63,852 nucleotides of DNA, filler included, from Reticulomyxa filosa (GCA_000512085.1; 20 parts of 20 records of this genome joined end to end with filler, not necessarily neighbours in it); one strand, 5' to 3'. Shown: positions 27,246 through 39,630, counted from the first letter of the whole stretch. Numbers and translations: made by a program. The notes: generated by a model from the sequence alone, not told the origin.

Positions 27246-29843
27246 CTAAGTTTTGTAATTGCTCTTAGTATTTCTAGATTTGCAATAAGCCAAAGCATAA
27301 TTGGACGAAACAAATTGCCTAAATTGAATCTCCAAGCAGTTTAACGCTTCCATTTGCAGATAGTCAAAACTACTCACACAAATCTGTCTTTTTTTGAACT
27401 TTTCTTCCAGGTCAGCGCGTATGCGTGAGTTCACACCGATGGCATAATTCGAATTTTCACTGATGAATGATCTAAAGAGAGATGAAAACTCTTCTTTGAA
27501 ATTTTTGCGGTATGTTTGAACAGCTTTTACAAAATTGTACAAGGGCACGGTGTGATGAGCTTTGCAGTACAACTTCAAGTATTCTGCTGCAATTGGATGA
27601 TCCAGTGTTGCCTGAAAAGTGGACAGAGACGAAGACAATTACAAAATTAAAAAAAAAAAAAGCACGTACACTTACATTCAATGATGCCAATTCTGGGAAT
27701 CCAAGGTTGGTCAAATCCAATGTCCTCAATCCGTGAGAATTTTCAATTATTGTTAATTGTCTCTGGATCTCTGATTTGCGAAGACGTACCCTTTGCTCTT
27801 CCGTTACGTTGATCCGAATGACCGATTCTCGGGACTTGATGAATGTGGATCCTTTCTTTTGACACGAGAAATTTTGACTGGTATCTTCTTGGCACAAGTT
27901 TGGATTTTTGCCTTTGATGGAATTGCAAGAAGAGGATATGGTCAATGAATATTTTGCAGATTTTGTACGCGAGCTTAAAACCGTCTTAAAAATTTCGCAC
28001 AATGTTTTAATTGTATGTTCAATGACCTGAATTTCTGACCATTCTGACAATATCTTATCTTGATCTTCAAAGTCACCGCCTAGTAGGCAGACCTGTAAAT
28101 TTTTATTTTTTTTTGAGAATATAAAAAAAGATGAAGAAGAAATTACTTTTTTATTTTTTTGTTTCGACTCAACATTTCGAGTAAATTCTTGGATAATTTT
28201 GGTCATACGTTCCAATGGGATTACAATCAATTTTTGCAAGGTAAACGAAATGGTAATGGTCAATCCTACAAATAGACTAATCATCAACGCTAATAAAGCA
28301 ATGTTTATTATGTGTCTCAACCTCACTTCTGAGTAAACCGACACTTGAAGGAGCACATTGTTCGACTTCCAACATTGAATTTCGTTTGACCGAAATTTGT
28401 CCGTAGATTTTTGTGCATAAATGTAACTTTCAGTAATTGTTAACGTGACCACTTCTGTTAATTTTTGTTGTTGTCAAAAGATAATCATGTATTTTTAACA
28501 CATGCCCAAACCTGGGTACTTTGCGATAAAACGCTCGACTAAATCATTCAACGTGGTGTCCATTCCATTTTTGGTGTAATATTCTTGAAAAAACTGAGAG
28601 CAATAATTGAAGATGTCGTAACGTTCATTTTCATAAAATGTTAGCAAGAATAAAATTACGACACTTGCCAAAATGACAAGAGTGATATTTTGGATGATTG
28701 TACCTACTACTTTGGTACCAACTTTTGATGTTTGCTTTTCACAAATGGTGTGCACAAGAGAATTTGCATTAAAAGAATGAAAAAGAAAATGCAGAGATTG
28801 CAAAGATATGCTGTGTCAACTTTTTTTTTTGCGTTAATGTCAACACTTTTTTTTTCGTTTGAATTGTCTTTTTTCCAACCAGGAACAGAACAACTACTTT
28901 CTATTCCCAAAAAGCAAAAAGTACAAAGTTTATGCTCACGGCAATTACAAAGCAACTCTTATCAAAGCCAACCTAACCTGGATCCGGTTGTGGTCTTTGC
29001 AATTCTTCTTTTTGTTCCAAAGTCTTTTTGGAAAATTGTTCTTTTTGATTTTTTGCCAATCGTGCAACCCGCGCAAATCTTAGCAGCCGTGACACTGTCA
29101 ATACGGCATCACCGGCCTGACTAGTAGTCCAATTGGACTATTACAGATGCAGTGCACATTACACCAAAAAAAAGATACTTGATTTGCTTATGATTTCAAA
29201 CACAACTTGTACAAAGACACTTAACCCAATTAAAACCGATATCAAAAAATATCCGGGATGTGATACACAAATCGGTCAATAATGTTAATGTGCCAATCAA
29301 ATCCATCCAAAAAAAGCCACTGCCAATGTATTTGGTGTAAGTGGCACATTCCAGAACAAAATCTGTAGCCAATATTAAAAAGATAGTTGTCAAAATTGCA
29401 TCAATAGCTCCGTCCCACTGTTTTGACAGTGCCGCACGACTGATATCAAATAAAAACAATGACACAAATACGCTTCCATCCAATATAACTTGGTAAACGA
29501 TTGTTGATAACAATTTATCCTATTTTTTGTACAAGTTTAACAGAAGATCTTTTGCATTGGATGAAGAGAATTTTCCCCCGTTTTTTTAACAGGATCACAC
29601 CGTGAGAAGCGGACAGCGACCAGCCCTCACTTGGTTCATGGGGGCGGCCTCTTGATATTGTGAATGGACAGACTTTTTTGTCCAATCAATTGCGATTTGT
29701 GAACTATTTGGATCATCAAAAAAAGAAAGTCGAATCTTCGAGTCAATATTTTTCAAAAAGCTCCATCTGTTGGGAGGGCTACGTTTTATAGCGGGCTCTA
29801 GGGTCTTCAGGTCTTGATTTTTAAATTTTTCTTCACAATTCAT
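27246..29843 (-). CDS. Voltage-sensor/6-TM (alveolate adenylyl-cyclase-type membrane module) fused to a C-terminal RGS domain; 8 exons, 677 aa
   Basis: Exons 29843-29631, 29519-29226, 29137-28978, 28900-28821, 28734-28512, 28454-28174, 28092-27676 and 27611-27246, all GT-AG, total 2034 nt in frame. S1-S3: SLFLFDI..ATDFVLE..YIGSGFFWMDLIGTLTLLTD. S4: RLLRFARVARLAK. S5 after SKVG; S6 then LIVIPLERM. RGS: SLN|ATLDHPIAAEYLKLYC..FISENSNYAIGVN..SFDYLQMEALNCLE..FRQFVSS. Confidence 0.82.
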
Positions 29844-29916
29844 AACAGACGATAATTTTTGTTGAATAAATTAATGGAACAAAAATGAACAAGCATAGTG
29901 AAACGTTTACATTACT

Positions 29917-29924
29917 TGACGTCA
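29917..29924. promoter_or_regulatory. CRE-like palindrome TGACGTCA
   Basis: 74 nt upstream of ATG 29843. The same palindrome lies at 4934-4941, 86 nt upstream of ATG 4848. Confidence 0.35.
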
Positions 29925-31271
29925 TCACACACGATCTTTTTTTGCAAAGCTATTTTTGCTCACGTTTTAAAAATGAATATTTCACTGCAGTTATGACATC
30001 TTATTGCATATCTTTTCTTAATTTGACTTTTTGTTTAGTCACACAAAAAAGCAATTTTTCGTATTGCATTCTGATGTCAGAATTTATTGGACTGTGAGAA
30101 TGATTTGCATCAAAGTGACTATCACGTGATATAGATTTGAAGAATTTTAAAAAATTCTTAAGAACCTTCAACTATTGTGTACCATTTATCTCGCTGAACA
30201 TGTGGTCTTACTGCCAGAGGGAAGTATAACACAAAAATTTACTTTTTCGCAAGTTTCACGAAATGTACAACCTAAAAACTAGTAACACTAAAATCGAAAA
30301 AATTCATTTCATGATTTGTTAGAAATTCTTGGTTATTTCAGTGGAAAATGACTCAAGTTGTAGTGCAATGCCCTACTAATTACAGTAGAAGCTTCATATG
30401 AGCGAGGGAATCCTTTTTTCCTCAACAACGTTCACTGTCTTTCTTCTTTCGCTTTTCTGTTTTCTTATTTCTTGTCGTTGAGCTGTTTATCTTGATTATT
30501 TAATTACTTTTGAAAACACCTTTCAGTAATTACTTTCTTATTACACTCAATCTTCCTACAAAGTCAATAGAAGTATAGCTTCCAGCGAGACACAGTGGTT
30601 TAAAACGAAATTAACCCATTTGTAATCAGACGTCATACACCAAAAAAAAAATTTCAAAAAATTGTCTCTCCAAGTAAAAAAGTGAATATATAAATAACGG
30701 CTTAATGTTTTAATTTAGTATTTACAGTTATCGTAAATTATGATATTTACTATTGGGTCTAATCAGATTGTGTTGCATATTGATTAACTGAAGTCTATTG
30801 AATCAAGGTTACTGTTGCTGAATTTTTATTATTTGATATATTTGTTACATCTTTTAAGACAAAAACAATACAAAATTTCTTTAAACTAAGATAATATATC
30901 ACAATTAAAAAGAAACCAATTTACCAGTGCAAAAAATTATTTGATTTAAGCGATCGTTTGCTTGCTGGTTGCTGCTTTGGTCTGAATGCATTTATTTGAT
31001 AATAGTGTTTCACTTTGATGTTTTTGTACTTGATTGCGATGATGCTGGCACTTCTACTTTGGTAAGTTTAATAATAGATTGTTCTATTAAATAATTTTTC
31101 GCTAGTAACAACATTGTGTATATCTATTTTGACTTTATGTTAGTATTTAAACAAATTTTCAGCAAAAATATCCACTGTTCGAAGTTGGAGTTTCATTCAA
31201 CAGCTTTTCCCCTAAAGCCTAAGTTTGTACAATAACGCTTCTAAGAGCATCAAGCAGCAAAACCGGACAAA

Positions 31272-32691
31272 ATGCTCAACAATATGAAGGTTTCTTCGGA
31301 ATATAAATTGAAAATTTGGTCTTTATTGTGCGTTATTAGTGTTGTAGTGTTGTTCTTTTCCGTTCCAAGTCAGTTGCGTTCAACAAAAGAAACAGTTTGG
31401 TTCAATTATTTTTGAATTTTTATGAATTTCAAACATCAAAAGTAAAAATAACCCAACAAACAGTTAAAGAATTACGCTACGGCCACAAGTTCAAAATATA
31501 ACGAAACGATTGCCAACCATAGTTTGATGTACGTACAAAATACGTGTTATAAACGTAAAAAAAAGTGACATTAAAAAAAAAACATATAAAACAAACTTAG
31601 GCTTGCGTGGTCAACCTATTGTGACAAATCTGCAGTTGAGGATTGGAATTGCCCTTATTGCACAAGTGCCAAAAACTTTGAACTGTATGAATACATTGAA
31701 GGGGGAAAAGCAGAAAGTCTGGTTGCAATTGTCGGATATGACAAAACGTATCATCAAGTTGTTGTATCTTTTCGTGGAAGCGCCAACTTGCCTAATTGGG
31801 TGGTTAAGTACAAAATTTTTTTGTTTGTTTGTTCCTTGCAAAAAAGGATGTTGTGCTGTTGACGACGTATAATCCCGTAAAAAAAAAAAAAAACAACGTA
31901 CGGTTTGGGTGTATGGTCACTCATAAAGACTGACCTTCAAGCCTGGCAAGTTTCGTATCCAGCAGTATCCGATGGCCTTGTTCATGCAGGTTTTTACGAG
32001 GCATGGAAGGATTTGGAAGATTCGGTGACGAGTGCATACAAGACAGTGTTGGCAGACTATCCTCAATCACCTGTTTTGGTGACAGGGCATTCGTTGGGTG
32101 CGGCATTGGCAGCATTGGCTGTTTTGGACTTAAAGAATGTCGGAACTGATGACAGTAGCACCTATCCAAGTGCATTTTACGTGCACACGTTTGGACAGCC
32201 ACGATGGGCAAATGCTGCTGTAGCATCGTATTTCGAAAGTTCGGTTAGCTATCATTGGAGAGTTGTCAATATGCATGATATTGTCCCTCAAGTTAAGTCA
32301 CACTTTGAAAATAAATAAATAAATAAATAAATTTAACAAATACATACAAAAATTACAGGTACCAACCACATTTATGAACTACAAGCATACCACTAAAGAT
32401 ATATGGTATTGGTGCGATCGACCACTTTCTTATTACTTGTGCGACTCTTCTGACGGTGAAGACAAAAAGTGTCAATATCTCGCCGGAACTGTCGGAGATC
32501 ATTTGGTAAGTGTCCTCTCCAACATTTATTTAATTTTTTTTTTTTTTTTGGGAATTTCAATCTGCTCATTGTTTTCCTTTTGTGTTATTTGGCAACAGTT
32601 TTATATGAACACCAAGTTCGTTTGTGGCCAGTTTTCGATGCCAGACAACAAATATCTTCCTCCATCCTGTTTTCCAAATCCCACAAATTAA
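31272..32691 (+). CDS. Secreted class-3 lipase; 6 exons
   Basis: Exons 31272-31394, 31464-31528, 31601-31802, 31929-32291, 32359-32505 and 32599-32691. Hydrophobic N-terminus, TYC..W.C.YC, VSFRGSANLPNWV|TDL, VHAGF, GHSLG, TFGQPR, HDIVP, DHL|FY. Ser-Asp-His triad intact. Confidence 0.92.
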
Positions 32692-33287
32692 TGTGGATTT
32701 TCCCAATGTTTGATTGATCAAAATCTCGGTGTCTTAAAAGTTGTAAAGGTTGTCTTTTAAATACGAAGTTCGCTTTGTAAACTACTTACTTTTCCATTAC
32801 GAAAGAGGTTTTTAAAGTTTTCATTCTTTCCTTTTTTTTTCATCAGTCAATGAAAAATATATGCAAGCGAATCGAACGTTGCAAAATAAAATGGAGTGCA
32901 AGCGACTAGGCTCTCCGAAATCCCTTTTGAACTTTTGGAACAAGTTCGAAGGGAAAAAAAAACAGTGTCTAAGCGGATATTCAGTTATGTAGTTTTTTGT
33001 AGATTTGTAAATTTTGTACTGATACGTTACACCGAATGCAATATTAAGACGAATTAACAAGTTGATATATAAATTAATTTGGAGAACCTTGTTTTGTAGA
33101 AAAATTATCCAATTTCGAAATTTGACAAAATGCACTAGAATTTGGGAAAACTTTGTATTTTGCAATGACGAAACAAATGGCGACTGACAACAACAAGTCA
33201 ACCCAAAACAACATTTCACAACCACAAAATGTTGTTTGTGATTGGCGCAATGACGAAAAACAATTTCGAAATACAGTATCTTTGTGT

Positions 33288-34285
33288 TCACAAATCTTCA
33301 ATGGGTTCAGACATATGGTGATTATTATGTTCATCTTCATCAGGCTCATTAGCATCCTCAAGTCCAAGCATTTGGTCCTCTACATATGCAAAACAACCCG
33401 CAATTGTGTGTAATAAAAAATTGTGCTTACAAAAAAGAGGTTATTATAAACAAATAAGTGAATATATAAATAATACATGTGGTATATATTTAAATGTATG
33501 TACATTACAAAAAAAAAAAAAAAGAAAGACAAACCAAAATTGTCATTTTCATCAGGATAGTTGCCATCAGTATTTTCATTATCCACAGACATTTGCAAAT
33601 TAACATCATTTTCGTCATCAGCTTCCACAGCCAATAACGTGATAATAAACACCAAGTCACTATTCGGAGGTACCAGACCACCGGCGCCGTGAGTTCCATA
33701 CCCTAGCCGCGATGGTACCCACACTTTGGCTTTTTCTCCTTCGCTCATGGTAAGTAAGGCTTCTTCTAATCCCGGGACTTGACTGCTGACGCCCAATTGT
33801 GTGCGATGTTCGTAGTTGGCAATTTTTCGTGGTGTAAACTGCTCCCAGCGACCTTCGAATGTGATTGTTTATTTGTGCTTACTTTTATGTCACTATTTTA
33901 TATACATATATACATATATGTATATATATATATATTGACCAGTATCTCTGTGATGAATATAGCCCAAATATTTATATCGAACAAAAGAATAAGGCAATGG
34001 ATAAGTAGTGCCATTGCCAGGTTTTAATGTTCGAAAATCAATTCGACTGTAGTCGTCATGAGGAAAGGGGTCATCACTATCATCGTTTTCTTCGACATGT
34101 TCGTTGTCCTCATCTTGTTCATCGTGTTCATCATGTTCCTCCTCCTCCTCCTCTTCCTCTTCATTGTCGTCTCGGTTGGATTTCAGTCCCCCTTTGTCGC
34201 GTTTCGTCAGAGCCTTTGTATTTGCGGCGTCATCGGAAGACGGGACGGTAGTAGGTCCCCCAGGCGTGTCGTGATTTCCAACAAC
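33288..34285 (-). CDS. FKBP-type PPIase domain protein with acidic flanks, 5' partial
   Basis: Spliced exons give TLKPGNGTTYP..VRYKYLGYI..LGVSSQVPGLEEALLTMSEGEKAKVWVPSRLGYG..GGLVPPNSDLVFIITLL. Last exon ends TGA at 33290-33288. Confidence 0.85.
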
Positions 34286-34377
34286 TATCCATTTGTATAT
34301 TCGGGATGTGTTTTATGACCCCAAAACTATATGCACGTCCCAAAGTGTTGTGTGTTCCACCAGACGCACTATCAATT

Positions 34378-34415
<38 letters not shown>

Positions 34416-34515
34416 NNNNNNNNNNNNNNNNNNNNNNNNNNNNNNNNNNNNNNNNNNNNTTAATTAATTAANNNNNNNNNNNNNNNNNNNNNNNNNNNNN
34501 NNNNNNNNNNNNNNN

Positions 34516-35627
34516 ACAGACAATATCAACGTCGATGTGGAGTTGAACTTGGGACTATTAAGTCTCACTCCACGAAGTCAGCAATCGGCTGCACAACAAG
34601 ATGGAGGCACAAGGCCGGCACCCCTATTTGCGTCACCACCACAAATAAGGGCTAGTGGTCGAGCCGGGCCAGTGGCACAGCAAAAAATATCGGGTGCCTC
34701 AGCGTCGTCATCAACATCGTCGTCGTCGCAAGGGGCGCTGGCCGCAAATCCATTGGCACGTGCCATAGGCCAAGTAGCACCAGGACCATTAGGTGGATTG
34801 GTACTAACGGCCCCCTTTACGCCGTCGCCACAACGACAAAACGCAGACTCGCGCTGCGGTGGGAATGTAGGCCCTGCATCGGCAGAGGACCTCGATCCCG
34901 AGTTGAATATGAACCTGGGGCAACTACATATTGGGCCCCAGGAACGACAAAGCAGGGGAACGCTGCAACCACTCAATCCATCCACTCCACAAAGAGGGGC
35001 AGATGGCAGCTGTTGTCGCCACATCACGGCACGGGCGACCAATATCGATCGCCGACACAGCCATTGACGCCATCGCAGCAGTGGTTAAACGAGATACGTC
35101 GATCTCCCACACAGCCCCTAACCCACACACAACAACAATGGCTCCCCCTCAGGACCCGCGCCGAGTAAAACAACGGGCTAAATTTCCGGAGCAAGACAGA
35201 TCTACCACTGTCGTGCTCACGCCAGAGAAATATGTGGAATCACAGTCCCCTTCTCAACGCAAAATCGCACCCTTCCCCTTCACACAACAACAACAACAAC
35301 AACGCCAACAAAACCAACAGCAACAATGCCTACCACAACTGCCACAGTGGTCCCAACCACAACAACAACTACAATGGCAACAACAACAACAAGAACGAGA
35401 AAGACAAGAACGACAACGACAAGAACGATAAAGACAAGAACAAGAAAGACAAGAACGATAAAGACAAGAACAAGAAAGACAAGAACGACAACGACAAGAA
35501 CGACAACGACAAGAACGAGAAAGACAAGAACGAGAAAGACAACGACAACAACAACGACTATGGCAACAACAATGTATACCCATCACCTTTGACTCATTTT
35601 TATTATGTAGAGTCAATTGATGAGTGA
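34516..35627 (+). other. GC-richer, intronless low-complexity coding-like segment (overlapping ORFs; possible mobile-element or pseudogene fragment)
   Basis: Overlapping ORFs 34537-35067, 34931-35431 and 35232-35627; internal peptide repeat ELNLGLL/ELNMNLGQL; CAA/GAA/CGA-rich tract 35281-35570. Confidence 0.35.
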
Positions 35628-35688
35628 ACTTAAACACTCTAAATTTTATTTTATTTAAGTAGAAATATAGAGAGGACTTAGTATCCTC

Positions 35689-35760
35689 TAGGCCAATCTA
35701 GGCCAATATCAGCCACTTAGGCACAACATCGGCCACTTAGGCTTCACATCAGCCACTTAG
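35689..35760 (+). repeat. Tandem ~20-bp repeat (..ATC(A/G)GCCACTTAG x3) preceded by CTAGGCCAAT x2, running into the contig end
   Basis: aatatcagccacttag / gcacaacatcggccacttag / gcttcacatcagccacttag read directly. Confidence 0.8.
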
Positions 35761-37474
35761 NNNNNNNNNNNNNNNNNNNNNNNNNNNNNNNNNNNNNNNN
35801 NNNNTTAATTAATTAANNNNNNNNNNNNNNNNNNNNNNNNNNNNNNNNNNNNNNNNNNNNTTTTTTTTTTTTGTTGGTACTTACTTAGTTAATATTTAAA
35901 AGAAAGACCTTTTTTCTTCTCGTAAGAAAGCTCAGCTGTACTTTGTCTTTTTTAAACAGGCTATAGATCTTCTCAACGAAAAAACAATATTCAATGAAAA
36001 TTTTTAAAAAATATATTTGAGTCTTGTAGTTTTAAAAAAAAATAAAATAAAACTCTTTCATCAATAATACCAACTCATTCCGACCCAACACACCAAGAGT
36101 GGCAATGATGCTTGTATTATCTGGTTTAAGTGGCAATGTTGAGATGTTATGTACGGCCAAGCAACGCTGAACATGACACTAAATTATTTGAACTTGAGTG
36201 TCAACTGTCCAATCGTTAGTTGCAAAAAACATATGAAGAAGACTACTGTCAGCATAGCTTACAGTTGCTAAGTGATTGTGAGCGTCTTGAGACAAATACA
36301 GTGCGACATTGATTGGTGAGTACATCTTACAATGAAGATATTTACAACTACTGCCAGGTGTACGACTTATGCTCTTTGCAGAAAGGACAAACACGAAACC
36401 GATAGCATAAGTTAAAGTCACAATAGTCCAATGACATCAACAATTTTTCAACAACAGTATCTTATTTAAAACAGACAATACAAAGTGTTTATTAACAAGC
36501 AATACATATAACTCGCCAAAAACAAAAAGTGTTTTTGCGTCAAACAAGTATTGATCGATGAGTGAAATAACAACTAAATATATTTTATGATTGTCAATTT
36601 AGTGCCACTAACACAGCTGAACGAACTAGTGTAAAGAGTGATTCAAAAAAAATATAACATAACAGCTATGTCAATGTAATGTTGTTTGAGCATCATTTCA
36701 AACGTAACGAGTCAATTAAACAGTAAAATGCAGAATATGAAATTACAATATAATCATTAGATTGCAAGTGATAAAAATGATTACTGCAACAGTGACGAAG
36801 AAGACTACAGTAAATGCACATGTGAACGTGTGTATGATAGTGAGAATGCAGAAATTGATGAATATACTGTTTATATCGATAAATTAAGATAAGCTGACAT
36901 GCGTTTGATAGAGAATTCAGATCGGCTGGTGGAAATCAATAGAAAGACTCTACATCTTACTATCACGACATCGAATATAAAAGCGTATACACATGTTAAG
37001 ATATTTGCTATCTAAAGCAGCTATTACAATGCAGTTAAAGATAATCTTACACTTATATATATATCTTTAAACGCAAAATAAACTGTAAGTAGACTTACAT
37101 ATTGACTATTTACAAAAATTTTCCGAACGGTTTGCAACTATCGTAAACTACAATATATTACTATCAATTGATACACACATGCATAAAAAGTTTGTCGAAT
37201 AAGCAGAAGCTAATTTGATGAAGCAAACGAAACAAAAGTTAAAACTAGNNNNNNNNNNNNNNNNNNNNNNNNNNNNNNNNNNNNNNNNNNNNTTAATTAA
37301 TTAANNNNNNNNNNNNNNNNNNNNNNNNNNNNNNNNNNNNNNNNNNNNACAACACTTCCAGGTCACAACAAGCGAACTTCATGAACTTAAATTTGACCTC
37401 TTCTTTCAAAACAAAAAATGTGAAAGTCAGCATATTTGTAAACGCGATAGTGTGTTTTAAAGATTATCAAAGGT

Positions 37475-38182
37475 TTATTTAGCTTGTGACAAAACAATCG
37501 CAACTATCAATCCGTACAGACCTAAGGCCTCTGCAAATATCAAAATTAAAATCATGCCAACAAACAATGCTGGTTGTTGTCCATTGGCCCGAACCCCAGC
37601 ATCGCCGACAATTCCAATTGCCATGCCTGCTCCAAGAGCTGATAATCCCACACTCAAACCGCTAGCTAAATGAGCATAGCCTTTGTAATGGGTATAGCCA
37701 GATGATTTGACTGCACAAAAAAACAAACTTGCAAACCTTAATTTTCAACATTAAAAGGAAATGACCAGTTTTAAAAAGTGGCTCATTTTGACACATAAAA
37801 AAAACCTATTAACTGTTGCCAACCAAAATGACAGAAATAATCAAGCCATAAATACCCAATATACCAGCCATAACGACAGGGATCATGTTCTTCATTACAG
37901 GATCAGGATTTATCACACCCATCGCCGAAATTCCTACTCCTGATTTCGCGGTGCCGTATGCCGATCCCAAATCTTATGTTTTGTTTTTTTATATGCTTAG
38001 TGTGAACTCAAGTGGGGCCTCAAACCAGTAATATTTTTTTTTTGTACGCGTTGCGTGTGGCTGTACGCTCAACTTGCAAACACAATTGCGGCAGCGACTC
38101 CAATGAAGCCGAAAAACCAACATGCTGTTGATGCGTCGGCATCATCGCATGCTATATTCGAAGCAAGCAAAATATTAAGCAT
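37475..38182 (-). CDS. ATP6V0C: V-type H+-ATPase 16-kDa proteolipid subunit c; 3 exons
   Basis: [15 protein letters not shown]|[77 protein letters not shown]. Confidence 0.97.
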
Positions 38183-38700
38183 CGCAAAGATATATTGAAA
38201 GGGCGAGTGCACTAAAAGAAGCACTGATTATCAGAAACTATGTTTCGGTTTACTTTCAAAAGAAATGGTTTTCGTCAAATGTTTGTTTTAAAAAATTAGT
38301 TTTTGTTATTCTCTTTTTTGTTAATTGCCCTGTTTCTTTGTTAAATTTATTTATGTGAATTATCCAAAAAAATCAAGACACTATATTTTGAAACATGTTT
38401 TAGCCTTATCATATATATTTCAAAAACTTAGAAAATAAGTCAAAAATTGTAAGAACGACAATAAACATAAGTGTCAACATGCTTTCGGAGTGAACTTCGT
38501 CAAAAAGAAGAAAAAGAAGGAAATTTTGAAAATATTATGCTCTTAGCCTAATCTTGCAATTATTCGTTAAGCACAAGAATCTCCATTCCTATGTCAAGGT
38601 AAGATTATCATCAATTTTTCCCCCAAAAAATAGACACCAGTGACGTGTTATTTATCAGTATTAAATTTGTTTGTTCTTTTTTTTTTTTGCATGGGGGACC

Positions 38701-39332
38701 ATGGTGGTGGGTAGCTTTTGTGTCGGAGAAAAGGACGGACAAGAAATGCTGGTATCCCACATTGGGAAATCTTCATTGCGAATTTCTTGTTCTGCAAAGT
38801 GTCCAACGGAAGAAGCGAATCACGGAAAAGAGAAAGAGGAAATGACCAACACTGAGCGAATACTGCATAGCAAAAGCAAGATAATGACAGTGGGACAAAT
38901 GGTTATGGTAAGCGAGCTTGGTGAAAACAGCAAAGAATTTGGGGGAGACACAAAGAAAACAAGTTTGGAAATGAAAGAAGAAGGGAAAAAGCCTGTGTTG
39001 AAAAGACATCAAGAGCACGACCAAGCTGGATTGGAAACGCATGACTTGGTATTGAAACAGATTGCTTACATCAAGACAAGAAATGTGGAAAGAACTCTGC
39101 AAAAATATGAGCCACGTTTATTGAAATGGCGCGATGACGTATACCGCCGAGCTCTAGACAGTGGCGTCACTGAGCAATCGCCTCAAAATCTTAGACTGGC
39201 TGTCATTCAAACTGTTGTGCAATGGTATTTTTTAAATACTTTTGTTTTTAAATTACATGAAAAGAGAAGAATTATGCCAATTGTTTTTTTTTTTTAAATT
39301 ATAGGTTATTTGAAAATGTCCAACCGCCAGAT
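38701..39332 (+). CDS. Hypothetical protein, 5' part
   Basis: Long ORF with coding-like composition, divergent from V-ATPase c. Introns at ~39224-39304 and from ~39345; truncated by the linker. Confidence 0.5.
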
Positions 39333-39406
39333 GATTATACCAAGGTTTGTTTGTTTTTTTTTCCCTCTTACTATTATTATTGTTATTGTTGTTGCTCAAT
39401 TTAAAT

Positions 39407-39443
<37 letters not shown>

Positions 39444-39630
39444 NNNNNNNNNNNNNNNNNNNNNNNNNNNNNNNNNNNNNNNNNNNNTTAATTAATTAAN
39501 NNNNNNNNNNNNNNNNNNNNNNNNNNNNNNNNNNNNNNNNNNNTTTTTTTTTTTTTTCGTTTTACAAAAAGTGTAAAACGAAAAAAAAAAAGTTCAAACC
39601 AATCAACAAACTAAAAAAAAAAAAAAACAC

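Noticed and set aside
35429-35461. TAA read as Gln (ciliate code)
   Set aside because: UTP4, V-ATPase c and the WD40 genes end in TAA at conserved positions. The two TAAs are one duplicated mutation, and another frame is open.
35861-37248. Possible genes here and at 25700-26900 and 48283-49304
   Set aside because: Only short ORFs without motifs. Shared words are too brief to support a repeat family by eye; probably decayed sequence.
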